DNA of 64,000 bases, taken from Octopus bimaculoides (lineage: Eukaryota). This document shows, piece after piece, positions 25,400 to 39,231 of this stretch (positions are counted from its first letter, which is position 1; every line of letters starts with the position of its first letter). The translations under genes were made by a program, and so were the position numbers. The notes below the pieces were generated by a model. It searched no databases and was not told the DNA's origin. It was given only the letters and a program-made list of their open reading frames with translations. Location of the stretch: NCBI RefSeq assembly GCF_001194135.2, contig NC_069001.1, positions 25,721,910 through 25,785,909 on the forward strand. The letters run 5' to 3'.

Positions 25400-25600
25400 G
25401 CACAAGGTTAAAATATTTGAAGGGTGAGGATAAATCAATACAATCTACGCCGTACTTGACTGGGACCTTATTTTACTTTCTTTTATCGATCTCGCAATGA
25501 AAGGCAATGTTTGGACGCAATGTGAACTCAAAACGTTAAATTCTGAAAGGATGACCACATAGCATTTTGCCGAACGTTATAAGGATTATACCAATCGGCA
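25400..25600 (-). mobile_element. SINE-C, old
   Basis: gcacaagg...tttatcgatc..gcaatgaaaggcaa...tgaactcaaaacgt...agcattttgccg. Confidence 0.6.
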
Positions 25601-26350
25601 GCATTGGACGCCATTAAATAATGACATGTTATGAATATATACTGCAGAGGTTCAGGGATTCGATCGATTGTGAATATTTCATAAAAATGTGATATTGTGC
25701 CATAGCGACAATTTAATATTTAGCAACGTAGAGTAAAAGCGAGACTGCAATTGGTTTTCAATGCACAGCCAAAATACCATTCATTTTACTTATATGTCAT
25801 CACTAACTTTCTTGAATCAGGCTGTAGTGTAGAAATTTCTCTATTTGCCTTCTTCCGTATATGTAAGGAGCTTGTGTATCTAAAAGTAATCAATATTATT
25901 ATAATATCCTAAAGCCTACTTACTCCTTTCTTATGAGATAAGCCTTTTATATATTTCCATCATTGAATGACATTATATCCTATGCATGCTCATTTGTCTC
26001 AATGGAAAGTAAAGAAAGATATGATTTTTTCTTTTACTTCAGGTTTTAGTTTATATTGCTTTCTTTCCATTGGCTTGCTTTTATTTTCGAAATTTGCTGT
26101 TAGCGAATAATCGAAGATTTATCTTACTTCAATGTTTATCCCCGAGCATTTTTTTTTCTTTTTGCTTTCACACCTAACTTATCTACATCTGAGAAAAAAT
26201 TTCCCGTACTTACATACATTCATACATACACACGCATGCACTTATACACACATAATACATACATACGCACTAAAATCCTTATGCTTGTTTGAAACCATAT
26301 GCACGCACTTATATACATCCTCGTACACGCACGTACGCGCACACATGTGC

Positions 26351-26387
<37 letters not shown>

Positions 26388-26637
26388 TATATATATAGAC
26401 ACATTTATAAACATCTCTAGATATACATAGCTGTATATAGGGAAAAAGAAGACTAAATACATTCCTTGGATCTTTTCTATTTGCGGATAAAAGATGAAGG
26501 AAGCTTCTGACTGGAATTTTCCCAGGTTAGTGTGCGTCTTAAATGGAAGCGTATGCGATTTTCTTCTCGAAACTATAACAAAATATTTACGTCCTGTATA
26601 AAGCAGTCAGAAGTGAAGCTAACCAGTGGATAGTTTG

Positions 26638-26672
<35 letters not shown>

Positions 26673-26730
26673 TATGTATAGGTATGTATGTATGTATGTA
26701 TACACACACACACTTACATAACCGTATATG

Positions 26731-26950
26731 ATGGCGCATGGCATTGTCGTTTGTGTGCTGCACTCACGATCGCAATATCGTATTTTCAATTCCTAGACCG
26801 GATGGTGAATTGTGTTCTTGAGCAACACACTTCACTTCATTCTGTCTGCCTCGTGATCACTTCGAAGTGGGGAGGGAGCTGTTGTGCAGCACGGATATTT
26901 GAGTGCTATAAACAAATCATTCGTACAGGTCGTTCGCCAAACCAGAACAA
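26731..26950 (+). mobile_element. tRNA-derived SINE-D, degraded
   Basis: Head atggcgcatggcattgtcg...ttttcaattcctagaccgg, followed by tcttgagcaacacacttcac (CORE-like). Homologous to 25190-25372. Confidence 0.65.
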
Positions 26951-28024
26951 TATTCATATGTCGTCTTCGACGGAAAATCCATCGTATATATGTATATAGC
27001 GCAAATCAGTCAACGTTAGATTCAATTATACATAAAGCTATAGCATTATAAGTTCGTTCAGAGTTGCCTCTCTTAGGTACACGTCATCAACAAGAGCCAA
27101 GGAGCTTGAAACATCGGTGCCTGCGATTCCTAATAGATGTGGCCACTGAACAAATCGGGTGTTTTCAGATCGTTTTACCGTTAGAGAGATATTTTCTCCA
27201 CGCTTCCACGCTAACTGCAGTGTATTTGCCTTTTAGCAGCTGAAATATGTCAGAAATATATTTCAACTAACCAAAACTCGTCATACGCATACATACATAC
27301 ATGTGCGTTTGCGTGTGTATGTAAATGTAAAAGTATGCATGTGAGCGTGCTTGCATCTGTACACGAGTGTGATCTATATTGCTTAAATTCTGAGTTAATG
27401 AATTCCTATAATTAATCATGCAATTTGCAATTTGACACTGCTGACAATACAAATGATACTATCTGTTTGTGATCTTTCATTCTCTGCTCTTTACGACGTC
27501 TCACAAAACGCTTAGGAGCATTCTTCCGGCTTTGCATTATATGTTGAAATTCCGCCTTAATTGATTTGCCTTCCCTCTTTGTCGGTGGAAATTATAATTT
27601 CCATTTGAACGCTTGACTTGATGTAAACAACTAGCCACCTTCACATCCATAATACAAAGGTTAATTTTTATTAGCTATTTTGAAATCTCTCTATGAATCT
27701 TTGAAGCCTCTGTGTTCACTGTGAATTTTTAATCTTTTTCTGAAGTGGCAAAGTTTCATTTTAAAGCCAGTGACTTTACAATGTTGTAGTATGCAGCATT
27801 TTTCTTGATATTAATTTCTCAAAAATTATTCCAAAATATGTAAGATGAAAGAGCCGATTTCTCCCTATAATAATTCATAGAAAATATTTGTATGTATAAA
27901 CCTGGCGATCTGGTTGAATCGTTAGTACACAAGATCAAATGCTTTGAGGCATTCTGTACATGTTTACGTTCAGATTTCAAATTCCTCGAATGTCTTTCGT
28001 CATTCCAGGATCAATAAACAAAGT

Positions 28025-28289
28025 ACCAGTTGATGACACACAATATGTCGAAATATCCGTTCACTAGATAACAATGGCATTCTTCTTTTAATATTGACTT
28101 TATATCTTCAGGAGGAGTTACCTCAATCCTTTCTATATTAACCACAATGAAGTAGATAGAGAAATTTATTTTTTGAACCAGTTGAAGACACACAAGGTGT
28201 CGAAATATCGTTCACTAGATGACAATGGCGTTCTTCTTTTAATTTTAACTTTATATCTTCAGGAGGAGTTACCTCAATCCTTTCTATAA
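28025..28289. repeat. 152-bp direct tandem duplication (1.7 copies)
   Basis: accagttga.gacacacaa..tgtcgaaatatc... occurs at 28025 and 28177, with an identical core ctttatatcttcaggaggagttacctcaatcctttctata. Confidence 0.92.
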
Positions 28290-28299
28290 TAATGATAAT

Positions 28300-28505
28300 A
28301 ATAATAATAATAATAATAATAATGGGTTCAATTTTTCCACAAAGGGAAAAGTTTTGGGGGTGGGGATGAATCGATTACATCGACCACATTCTTCAACTAG
28401 TATTCATTTTATCGGACCCTATTGATAAAAGGCAAAGTCGACCTCGTTGGAATTTGAACTCAAAACGTAAAATGGGCGAAATACTGCTAAGCTTCGTGCC
28501 CAGTG
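28300..28505 (-). mobile_element. SINE-C, head truncated
   Basis: (AAT)n, then tcgattacatcgacc...aaaggcaaagtcgacctcg..ggaatttgaactca. Confidence 0.8.
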
Positions 28506-28539
28506 GTTTGGTAACGATGTGCCTACTCGTTGCCAAGTT

Positions 28540-29050
28540 AGTGGCTCCCATAGCTTCTGATCTTAATTGATTGGAAGTGTTATGTACATTGTTTTGTCTT
28601 GGTATAAAAAGATGGGCTACAGCAAATATCCTACTCAATACCACAGATTTGCTTGTCAGTTACTTGGCCTTAACCAGTTGAGCATGTCCCTTGATGGCTG
28701 ACGATATGTGCATCTCTGATCATGAGCAGAAGTAGTGGGGAGGGGGCATCATAGCCATGTGTTGAGAAGAATTCTTTGGGGTTTGGATAATTCATCTTTG
28801 GAAACGTGGGTGTTTTGCTGAACATCCTGAAATAAACCTTATTCAGGGACTTTTTGAGCGGGATGGGCCCCACCTGTGAGGTCATGCGCTGTTTATCTTG
28901 ATATGAGATCACCGTGTCGCGCACATATGGTTGTGATGCATGTTCCTGGTGTACCCTTATCAGACGGGTAGTCAGGATGGGTATAATGGGTTTTGTATAT
29001 TTTACCCCAGTGTCACTTTGATGGCATGCACTACTCTCTCACTCAATAAT
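28540..29050 (+). mobile_element. Interspersed repeat, probably 3' end of a non-LTR retrotransposon
   Basis: GC-richer non-coding block ending ctctctcactc-aataataataa. Family assignment is from recollection of Octopus repeats only. Confidence 0.45.
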
Positions 29051-29236
29051 AATAACTTATTAAAAACCAGCAGCTTTGAGGGACGGTTTAATTCGATTAT
29101 ATTTGCCCTGGTGTTTATAAATGGAACTTATTTTAACGACGTCGAAATAATTAAAGGCAAATACAAACCGCACAACATGAAGATTGACGAAATACCACTA
29201 AGCATTTTGCCCGATTCTGCCAGCTTGCAGCCTTAG
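29045..29236 (-). mobile_element. SINE-C, degraded
   Basis: gacgaaataccactaagcattttgcccg..ttctgccagcttgcagcctt. Confidence 0.7.
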
Positions 29237-30304
29237 ACGTGATTAAATATTGCAATTTATTTTTCCTTGTTGATTACTGAATATTTTCAGCAACGCCTTT
29301 CTAATTAACTCTATGTATTACTTTCATTTCTTACACCTGCAAACACTAGCTGCTACTAGTCGACAAGTAAGGTGTCTGACTCACTACGTAATGCATCTCA
29401 CGTTAGGGAAGTGCCAGGTTTTGAGTATTGTTGAATGATGACGTTGTGATCGACCGGATTTAGGATGACAGGTATTCTTGCTAAGGATACCTCATCATAA
29501 TTTCTTAGTTGTTATGAAATTTAGGATACGTTATCAAGTGAGAACTTTGTATTATTTATGTTTTATTTGTAACGATGGTTAGTTTTATGGAGACGTGGCT
29601 GCTATTTTTAAAAAGTTGAGCTGCCAAGGTGACACTAAATGGTTAGCTTCTACTGTTTAATTTCAGATAAGCTAACCTTTTATCAAAAGCATTGCGTCCA
29701 TGTATATTCGATTTTGTTGTCAGGCATTGCCGCGCAAAAATTAATTTGACAAATGTATCTGTCATTTCAAAATGTAACATATAAGATGTGGAGGGCTTGG
29801 CTGCTATATCTAGAGAGTAAAATAATTGAGGCATAGTAGTTGAATCTGAGTCTCTCTGCGCTTCTTGTGCATTAGCACGATGTCAGTTCTGAGAGTCTGG
29901 CCATCACCGCAACCATTCCGTTGTTTTCTATGTTCAAAGCAAAGTAATAAAATTATTTTATTCCTAATTATAATGCAATGCGCTGTGAATTAAAGTATAT
30001 TTAGCAACTATTTCTAGCATAATGAGACTTATGGCGGCGAAAGCGTTAAAAAGTTCAAAATCAAAGAATTTCTTTTTATATGTCGTAGCCGTAGAACATT
30101 TTATGCGTCTCAGCTGGTTAAGAACTGTAGTATGCGATTTGGTGGGTATTTGACTTCTAATTCTAGCGCGAGGAGTTACTCTGTGATTTCATGTTTAATA
30201 GCATCGTCGTTAATAGTATAGTCATCAGTAATACAAAAATATTATGACATATGTACACAGGCATGCACGCACACACACATATGCATATATATATATATAT
30301 ATAT

Positions 30305-30345
<41 letters not shown>

Positions 30346-31576
30346 CCTCACATCAAACGTAATCAGATTATTAAAATCTACCTACTTCATTTGATAGTTT
30401 TATGACCCTGATCAAGATAATATTTTCACCTCCTAATATACAATTTGGACAAATATTTCTCAATCATTGCATTCATATGTTTTATCAAAGTGAGTTTCAG
30501 TTTACTGATAGACACAGAATGGAAAACATCATATAATGCTAGATATATTACATATGCATAAAATCAAAGACTGCGGACATATATGAAACAGCTCACCCCT
30601 GCGCCAGAACATATACAAACTCCTAGACTCTCATATACACAAACACGGAGAGAGAATTTGTGTTTATGAGTTTAATAAGTGCATGGCATGATTTACTTAT
30701 GAGTCATATCATGCAATTAATTTCGCTTATATTGGCTAAATGGTAAGTGAGTAAGAGGTATATCGTTATAGTTATAACGACTAAACATTTGCAGTTATCT
30801 GATGCAATTATTTTCAAAGACATTCAGTCCCACTTTACCTTCCATGTTTCATAGGTTGATTAAATGAAAACTAATCAGGACAACTAATAATTACAGCGAT
30901 CAATATAATGAATTACTTCCTAATGTGTTCTAAATCGCTACCTACTACTAAGGGTTCGGAACACAATATTAACACAAATGGTTGTTTTCTATTAATCAAT
31001 TGGGCAAACGAAATGAACTTTATTTCGAGTGATGTAACAGTCCTGTCTTTTGGCATCAGCGCATCTGTTGGTTGCCTGGAGACGATTCTAGTATCCAGTT
31101 CCGATCTTTGTATGTTGTGAGCTAAATAAGAGTTTGCTCCTGGGGGACCCATAATGCTGTTACGACGGCCCCTTCTGCGGTGTATTAACTTTATTGACAG
31201 AGGACGTCAGAAAGGAAATAGCAGCTATAAATTATTATCAATATGAAATTAGAATCTACGAGACGTAACTAAATATTAAATTTATAGTCTATATCGAATT
31301 CCAAAGTAAAATAATTAGGAAAATTACACACGTGCTATTTCAAAATTCAAAACTACTTTAAGATGTGATTCATATGTAATCGGAAGAGGACAAGAGAAGA
31401 CAATATGTAAATCTGACCATACCGATATAATGTAACATATTTTGACCGGCATTCTAATACTGGCGCAATTCAACACTATATAAATATTTTAATAGAAGTG
31501 TTGAGGAAAAAAATATTAAATCCGTTGTAAACATTTCAACTAATTCAAAAACTAGTTCATATTTCATGTTTTTTCA

Positions 31577-31755
31577 AGGAGGCAAGCTGGAAAAATCATT
31601 AGGACGCCGGACAAAATTCTTAGCAGCATTTCGTCCGTGTTTTCCTCCTGAATTCAAATTCCCTCGCGATCGACCTCACTTTCCACCCTTTCCAGATCTA
31701 TGAAATAAATATACACGAACTGAGTTGAAATTCCATCGAGGCCGAATTTACATCT
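31577..31755 (+). mobile_element. SINE-C, degraded, with a second B-box fragment
   Basis: aggaggcaagctggaaaaatcattaggacgccggacaaa...ctgaattcaaattcc, then again ctgagttgaaattccatcgaggccga. Confidence 0.65.
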
Positions 31756-32392
31756 GATTCCCACGTGGTCGCTAAAATCATGACCAGTTGAACAATGAAG
31801 CTGATATAATCCACTTAAATATTCCCCTGAAATCTAACTAAATTTGAAACATTTATCTCCAAATTTAAATTTCAAAAACATTTATCGATTTGTTTCACAT
31901 CATCGTTTCATATAATGGAATTTCACCTACTGCGTTAATTTTATTTTCATATATATTTTACATAAACATTCACCTTAATTCTTAAGTAGAAACATATGAC
32001 ATCGATGAAGAAATCTAATACTTAGTTAATAATTCATGTAGAAAGCTATATCAGTTAAGGATTTATTATGTAAAGTATATGTAACTATGTCATTGACAGA
32101 AATGCTAATATTTTGCACTCTTAGCACAAATATATTAAGAGAGTATATATCGGTCTACGTACATTTAAAATGGCTGCTCTGGTTCTGCACTGATATAATT
32201 TTGTCAGACCGTCAGATCAAGCCAATGACAAATAATTACAATCATGATTTAATTTCAAAGAAAATTAGGGCTAAATAAAGAGACGCTGGTGAAGATGGAC
32301 ATATGCAAACGAATGTTTTCGAGTGTAATCCCACTACTTTTGAAAGCGGCACATTAGGGAGGTCTCCGCGCTTACCGATAACTTGTCATTAC

Positions 32393-32632
32393 TTACATTT
32401 GACGGATATTTGTCCTCATCTTGTTTGTTGTTAACACAACGTTTCGGCTGATATACTCTCCGGGAAATTTCGAACCTGGGTTCTCTTTCCTAAGGTATTT
32501 TTCCATGCTATTATCATACCTTAGGAATGAGAACGAAGGTTTCAAATTTCTCCGAGACACCTGATGAAGGCTGGAGGGGTATATCAGCCGAAACATTGTG
32601 TTAACAACAAACAAATATGCGTCAAATGTAAA
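32393..32632. mobile_element. Palindromic non-autonomous element with a hammerhead-like motif (Penelope-LTR-like)
   Basis: Arms ttacatttgacg...ttcctaaggtat (to 32498) and ataccttaggaa...cgtcaaatgtaa (from 32516), 17-nt spacer. Each arm has one deletion. Confidence 0.9.
32556..32602 (+). ncRNA. Minimal hammerhead ribozyme-like motif
   Basis: GACAC-CUGAUGA-A-GGCUG-(11 nt)-CAGCC-GAAA-CA-UU-GUGUU. 5-bp stem I, 5-bp stem II, NUH triplet. Confidence 0.65.
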
Positions 32633-33462
32633 AAAATGTAAATGATGTACATACTTCCTCATCTCTTAAATATATACCTGCGATACCTTGTCAGTGCAAT
32701 TGAATGACGGAAACTCTCTGGAAGCCTGTAGTGAGTGTGTGTAAGATTACATTCGTGCTGTGTTTTCTTCCTCCGATGCTTTGTTTAATACCCCATAACA
32801 TATCGGTTCAGTGAATCACATCTATAAAATAAGAACTAGATGTGCAACATATATATGCAGAAATAATGCTTTTCAAATCGTTTCTAAATCAATGAATGGT
32901 GTTCAAAACACAATCAAATGATTTTCTTTGCGAATCAATCGTCTAATTCAAATATATATTTTGTAATTAAATTTCAAGAAAAAAATCATCAGTTGTGAAA
33001 GATTAGTGCTTCATATTATGTATCATGCAATTCCTAATTTTTCAGATTCTATAGAAATGCATTTAACTCTCTCATCCTTTGCCACAGAGAAATATTCTGT
33101 GCGTACTAACCGGAGGATAAGAAATTTCTACCGACATTCCTCTGGTATTTCTTTTCTGCTTAGTAGAGATGCAATATCTTATAGAACGAACAAAAGTCAC
33201 CCATTGTGTTCCAGAAAATGAACCAAACGCACTTTGATAATGCGCCAAACGCTCTTGCAAAAAAAGCAACACACCCCCGAGGGCAATATTTGCGCTCTTA
33301 TGCGTACGTGAGAAGTCGGGTACCAATTAGAGAGATTCATTTGAAATTACAGAAGTAGGAAATGACTATTCAATTATTAAGATTTGAAATTAGGTTTGGG
33401 CACTGTTCTGCGTAAGGTTCATATCTGGATGAATGAGTACTAACACGGAATACATACATCTC

Positions 33463-33600
<138 letters not shown>

Positions 33601-33879
33601 AGAAGGTTACAATTTTAATATCAATGATCCCTATGGATCACACAGGTTGTAATCCCTTGAAACATATGTAGGAATAAAGTATGCAATTATAACATGCGTT
33701 TTCTCCATTCCTTAAATTTTTAAATATACTCAAATACCCAAAATTTCAAACAGTTCCTGCCTTAAAAACCAGGAACTAAACCTCAGTTATTTTGTGTTCT
33801 TTGCTACATTGGTTTCTATTAACCCATTTATTCTATCAGAAGAATTTTTATTCATTAAGATAGAAGAAATACACATAAT

Positions 33880-33917
<38 letters not shown>

Positions 33918-34109
33918 ATATACATGTGTGTGTATGTATGAATATATATGTATTTGTAAATATGTATGTGTATGTGTAAGTATATATAGGTATGTGTAGG
34001 GATGTAAATCTCATTGTCGCTTCATACGTTTATGTTATGGCTCTATGAATTGTATATATGTGTATGTATCTGTATGTATGTATATATAATTTATACATGT
34101 ATGTATTTT

Positions 34110-34143
<34 letters not shown>

Positions 34144-34312
34144 TGTGTGTGTGTGTGTATGCGTTTGTGCATGTGTATGTCTCTGTCGGTGTATGTATGT
34201 GTGTGTGGTGCGTGAAAGTGAGTGATCAAAGAAATGAAATAACACTCAACACATTGGCAAAAGTTACATATATTTTTGAGAGGTTTGTCTTCACATGGCT
34301 TATGGAATGTGT

Positions 34313-34348
34313 CATAACCGCGTTCGAAACTTCTTTCTCATCAGATGT
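34313..34348 (-). ncRNA. Degraded hammerhead-like motif
   Basis: Minus strand: CAU-CUGAUGA-GAAA-gaag-UUUC-GAA-CGCGG-UU-AUG. One A of the GAAA core is missing. Confidence 0.35.
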
Positions 34349-34454
34349 TAAGACATACATATACACATATATGCATCCATATATAAAATTATTATGAAGA
34401 GCTGGAGGAAATGTGATGCCATAAAAGAAAATTTCAAACCTAACCATTACACAG

Positions 34455-34505
<51 letters not shown>

Positions 34506-36370
34506 CATATATGTATATATGTGTATGCATATGTATATCTATATATAAGAGACCAGTGCACTGAGACTGGAATTGAAAAAAAACTACACGCACTACAACA
34601 GACATTTTTAAAACAACCTTGCTTCTGTCTCTCCACCTTTTACTCTTTCTTTTCCACTCTTGTTATAAAAACTCAATATGAGTGAACTTTCAATAATGTA
34701 CATTTGTTATAATCTTCAGCGAACATTTACACTTTTATTACTATCTATCCCTGTGAAACTCATTGAAGTTTCTGTGAACATTTTAACATTTGATCATTAA
34801 ACATGTTTTTTCCCTTGTAACTTTAAACTCTCCTAAACAATTTATTTATATATGTGTACCAGTGATAAGGCAAAAAAAATGTCAAAACCAGATTGGTATT
34901 TGAATAAATTCATTACGTAATTTGAAAACGACTATACTTACTGCGATTCAGGTACATTTTGAAAATTCCAAAGAAATGTTCACACACACACATACACACA
35001 CATACATATATATACATTAGTACTGTCTGTGTACGCGATTATGCTCTTTATAACTTGAAAGAACCAATGTTAAGGAGACCTGGGTCACATTCGTCAAATT
35101 TTTCACATTATTATTACTCGAGATTTTAACTCTGAACTTCTATAGAGATATTAATTATATATTCATATGCAAGATAAATCCCTTCGGTTACTTGAACTTA
35201 AGGAACTGCTGCTATTAATTACATTTTTCACTGTACTGCACTCCTTTGAATCATAGATTTATGAGTTTTTTTAAAGAAATTGTTATTCCTTTTTTTTTCA
35301 TTAGTCCCCTACACTGCAAAAAAGATAAACTTCGCATTTAATACACCCATAACATGAACGTACTTAGAGACAATAAGATTTTCTTTCTATCTCTTTATTG
35401 CTTAATGGAAATTGAAACATCGCGGACGAAAAACAACTACCTCTGTTAATGTAGATAAACTTTCCATTATTTATGTGAAATTATTAATTCTTAAATCCCT
35501 TAATCTCCCTAACTCTTAAATCGATTTAAACACAATTCTGCCTAAAACCATTAAAATAGATTGTTTTTATGTTTCGCTAGATTTAACATTTGTCTTCTAA
35601 AATGAAGCTTATCATTATTAGTAGTAGTATTAGTGGATTTTATATTTTTATTTTTATGGCCATTATTATTATTATTATTATTAATAGTATTAGTAGTAGT
35701 AGTATGTATATTTTATTACTATATTGTTATTATTATAACATTACTGTTGTTTTAGTCTTTAATGCTTATTTGTGGTATTTTGTTATTCTTCAACGAACGT
35801 CAACGTCTTCAGTTTTTTTTATTTATTTCTCTTGTTTTCAGTCGAAATGATACACTGTACAACGTATTTTAGCCTCAGTTCTATGGACGTTGTACGTAGT
35901 CATTCCTTCATGTCCTGGACAATACGACCGAATTAGCGTCTAGGCAGTCTCTACCGTATCTAAAACAGAAAATATCGAATAATGGATACTTGGATCACAT
36001 GCACGTAGGGAAAATATGGAAAGGTCACATCTGGAATAATTTTACTGTAGGTGATATTTTTAGAATACGAAATTTGGCCCCGTGCGTACGCAAACAACTA
36101 TATATCAATGTATATGTATATGCATATATGAATTTATATATATATATAAATATATATATGTATATACAGACACACACACACATATATATGTATGTGTATG
36201 TATATCATTATTCAGTTTTGTTTCAAGATTTCTTGCCAATAGAGATACAGCTTGTCTCTAACCTAGATACAAGGTATCTTCATTGGAATTTTAACATGAA
36301 CAACAGGGTATATTTCTATGCATGTATGTATGTATGTATTATGTATGTATGTATGTATGTATGTATGTAT

Positions 36371-36587
36371 CTTTCTTTTACTTGTTTGAGTCATTTGACT
36401 GCGGCCATGCTGGAGCACCGCCTTTAGTAGAGCATATCGACCCCAGGACTTATGCTTTGTAAGCCTAGTACTTATTCTATCGGTCTGTTTTGCCGAACCG
36501 CTAAGTTACGGGGACGTAGAAACACACCAGCATCGGTTGTTAACGGATGTTGGGAGAACAAACACACAAACACACACACAGACACAT

Positions 36588-36648
<61 letters not shown>

Positions 36649-36803
36649 TACGGCATGCTTCTCTTAGTTTCCGTCTACCAAATCCACTCACAAATCTTTG
36701 GTCGGCCCGAGGCTATAGTAGAAGACGCCTGCGCAAGGTGCCACGCAGTGGGACTGAACCCGGAACCATGCGGCTGGTAAGGAAGCTAGTTAACACACAG
36801 CCA
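36371..36803 (-). mobile_element. SINE-B, near full length
   Basis: ttttacttgtttgagtcatttgactgcggccatgctggagcaccgcc ... (CA)(TA) ... gggactgaacccggaaccatg. Confidence 0.93.
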
Positions 36804-37329
36804 CATGTATGTATGTGTGTATGTTTTTTTTATTTGTTATTTGGAGAGTAGATTGATGGATATAATTACTTGTGGTTTACGTTGGTGATGTAATTGTATA
36901 AGAAAGGTCGGTTGGGAGAAGGAACTCAGGAATGTATTTTGCTGTAGATTGTATGTTGATTGGAAGTTTTATTCAGAATTATTTCGGCGTGATGTAGGAA
37001 TATTGTTATCATTTGATGTTCGGTCAGGCATGGAAATGAAGCTGTAAATAGCTGTGAGGAATTCATATAAAACGAGTCTTAGTACAAGATGTTCTTTGTT
37101 ATATTATACTTAAACAGACACACAACTCATTATAAAAGCGTATATGTAGATTTGAGTATATGAGTGGAGGACTGATGAGCGAGCTTAAGTGCGTGTGCAT
37201 TTATATGTGTAAATATGTTTGTGTGCATGTATGAACACACACATACACACACACATGCACACATATATACATAAATGTTACCTTTTTAGGTAATTAGAAT
37301 CCAGCAATACTGGGATGCGAACTTGACGA

Positions 37330-37522
37330 GCTGGAAGTCTAATGAATCGACGCCAGTACTTTATGTTTTAAAACCTGATACTTACTCTATATATGTATTT
37401 ATATGAAACGCCAAGTTATGGGGACGTACTCACACCAACACCGGTTGTCAAGCAGTGTACGGTTGAGAGCAAACGCAGACAGAAAGACATACACACAGAC
37501 AGAAAGACAGACTCCCTCTCTT

Positions 37523-37563
<41 letters not shown>

Positions 37564-37650
37564 CATACACACACACGTACGTTTCTACACGGCTGGCGTC
37601 TTTCTGTTTCCGTCTACCGAATCCATTCGAAGTGATTTGGTCGGCTCAGG
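37330..37650 (-). mobile_element. SINE-B, degraded and partial, with internal (CT)n
   Basis: ccaagttatggggacgtac.cacaccaacaccggttgtcaagc ... tttccgtctacc.aatcca. Confidence 0.7.
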
Positions 37651-38629
37651 ATTAGACATTTTTTTTGGTTATCGTCATTGTCTACAATTTTCTACCAATT
37701 GGTTTTCAAATTTGGTTTATAGATTAATGAAATTCATTTTTCCTATAAATTCATAACCAAATTATTATTAGCTTTAAAATTTTTCAAAATATTGGCATTT
37801 TAGCTCATCAGGAGTGAATATTTTACACATCCCCGTGAAGTTCTTTTTGCATAGTAAGCAAAGAAGCACCATGTGCTCCATAGTTGATTGCGAAAAACTC
37901 TGTTTCCAAAGTAACCACAAATAAGGGTAGCTGGGCATCTTTAAAGCGTCGGAAAAAAATAAACGTTCGCGTAGGACACACCGTTCCATGGTTGATTCTT
38001 ATCTTTGTAAATTTATGTACTGAAGGGGATATATGAGGAATAATTCATTTGATAAATTCCCACGCTGTATTGAAAACTTCTGTTCTTGAATCTTTTAAAC
38101 TAGCTAATGTCTGTTTTAAGCAATGGTTTCACTGTTGTTTCTAGCAACTACTGTTCGTATTTTCGTAGCTTTTAAATATTTAATATTCTCACGAATGATT
38201 TAATGTTATTTACCGTTTACTGTTTACTTTGCTCGTGCATATTTTAAGATTTTGGCTGTCATTTCTAGCAACTCCTGTTGGTTTGCTCTTGACATTAAAT
38301 ATTTGATGTGCTCACCAATCTGTAAATGTATTTTGCTGTTTACTGTAGCTAGTTTAATGTTTTGACATGCCGGTTCCCACATCACCACCACCAGCTTTCT
38401 CGCTAATGTGGCAGATGATGGAAGGATTTAGCGAACGCGCTGTTTTCTGATCAGCTGAAAATTCTGAATATTATCGAATTTTGAACACCTATAACATTTC
38501 CACTAAACTTTTCTGGAATAACTGAATAACAAATTCGGATTCCGTGTCAAAAATTACATCTATATGACACTTTAAAATTTTCTTTTTCAAATTTCGACAT
38601 GCTATGACGATAACCACGAAGATCCTGGG

Positions 38630-38717
38630 ATTATAATAGAAGAATCTCGCTCAACGTGTCACACAGTGGGACTGAAACCGAAGCTATGCAGTTGAGAAGC
38701 GAACTTCTTATCACGAG
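38630..38717 (-). mobile_element. SINE-B head fragment
   Basis: cacacagtgggactgaaaccgaagctatgcagttgagaagcgaacttcttatcac. Confidence 0.6.
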
Positions 38718-39150
38718 TTGAAAATATTAAGATTTTTCCAACGCAATATTACCAGCTGTTCATTCTACGGAAATAAAAATCCGAAAAGGAATTAAAATCA
38801 AAGGGAACGAAATAAATGAAGGAGAATCGTTCGCATTCACACATGAACCGCAAGCTATAATCGTCGGCTGGAATTGTAGGTAAAATAGAATAAATATTTA
38901 AGGATTGGAATGTCAAAAGCAGATAAATTTTACCAATTAACAATATCTTGTGCTTGTCATGGTTCCACTTCAAATAACACCAATGATACATCCTTGATTC
39001 TCACCACAGCAGGATACTAAAATTCTGTCACTTCGCAGATTAAATTTTAGATGTATACTATCGTTTATTCAGTCGTTATTTCTCTTGTTTTTCGAGCCAT
39101 TAGGAAACGGTATTAAGCCAACAAATTTAAATTGCACACGCAAGCGTGTA

Positions 39151-39231
<81 letters not shown>

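Noticed and set aside
37171-37200. Other CTGATGA occurrences (about 37173, 37806 minus, 45892, 48940 minus)
   Set aside because: None has a stem II followed by GAAA, so they are not hammerheads.
37823-38044. 73-codon minus frame (..RRFKDAQLPLFVVTLETEFFAINYG..), vaguely transposase-like
   Set aside because: The length is within chance expectation and the resemblance is too weak to support.
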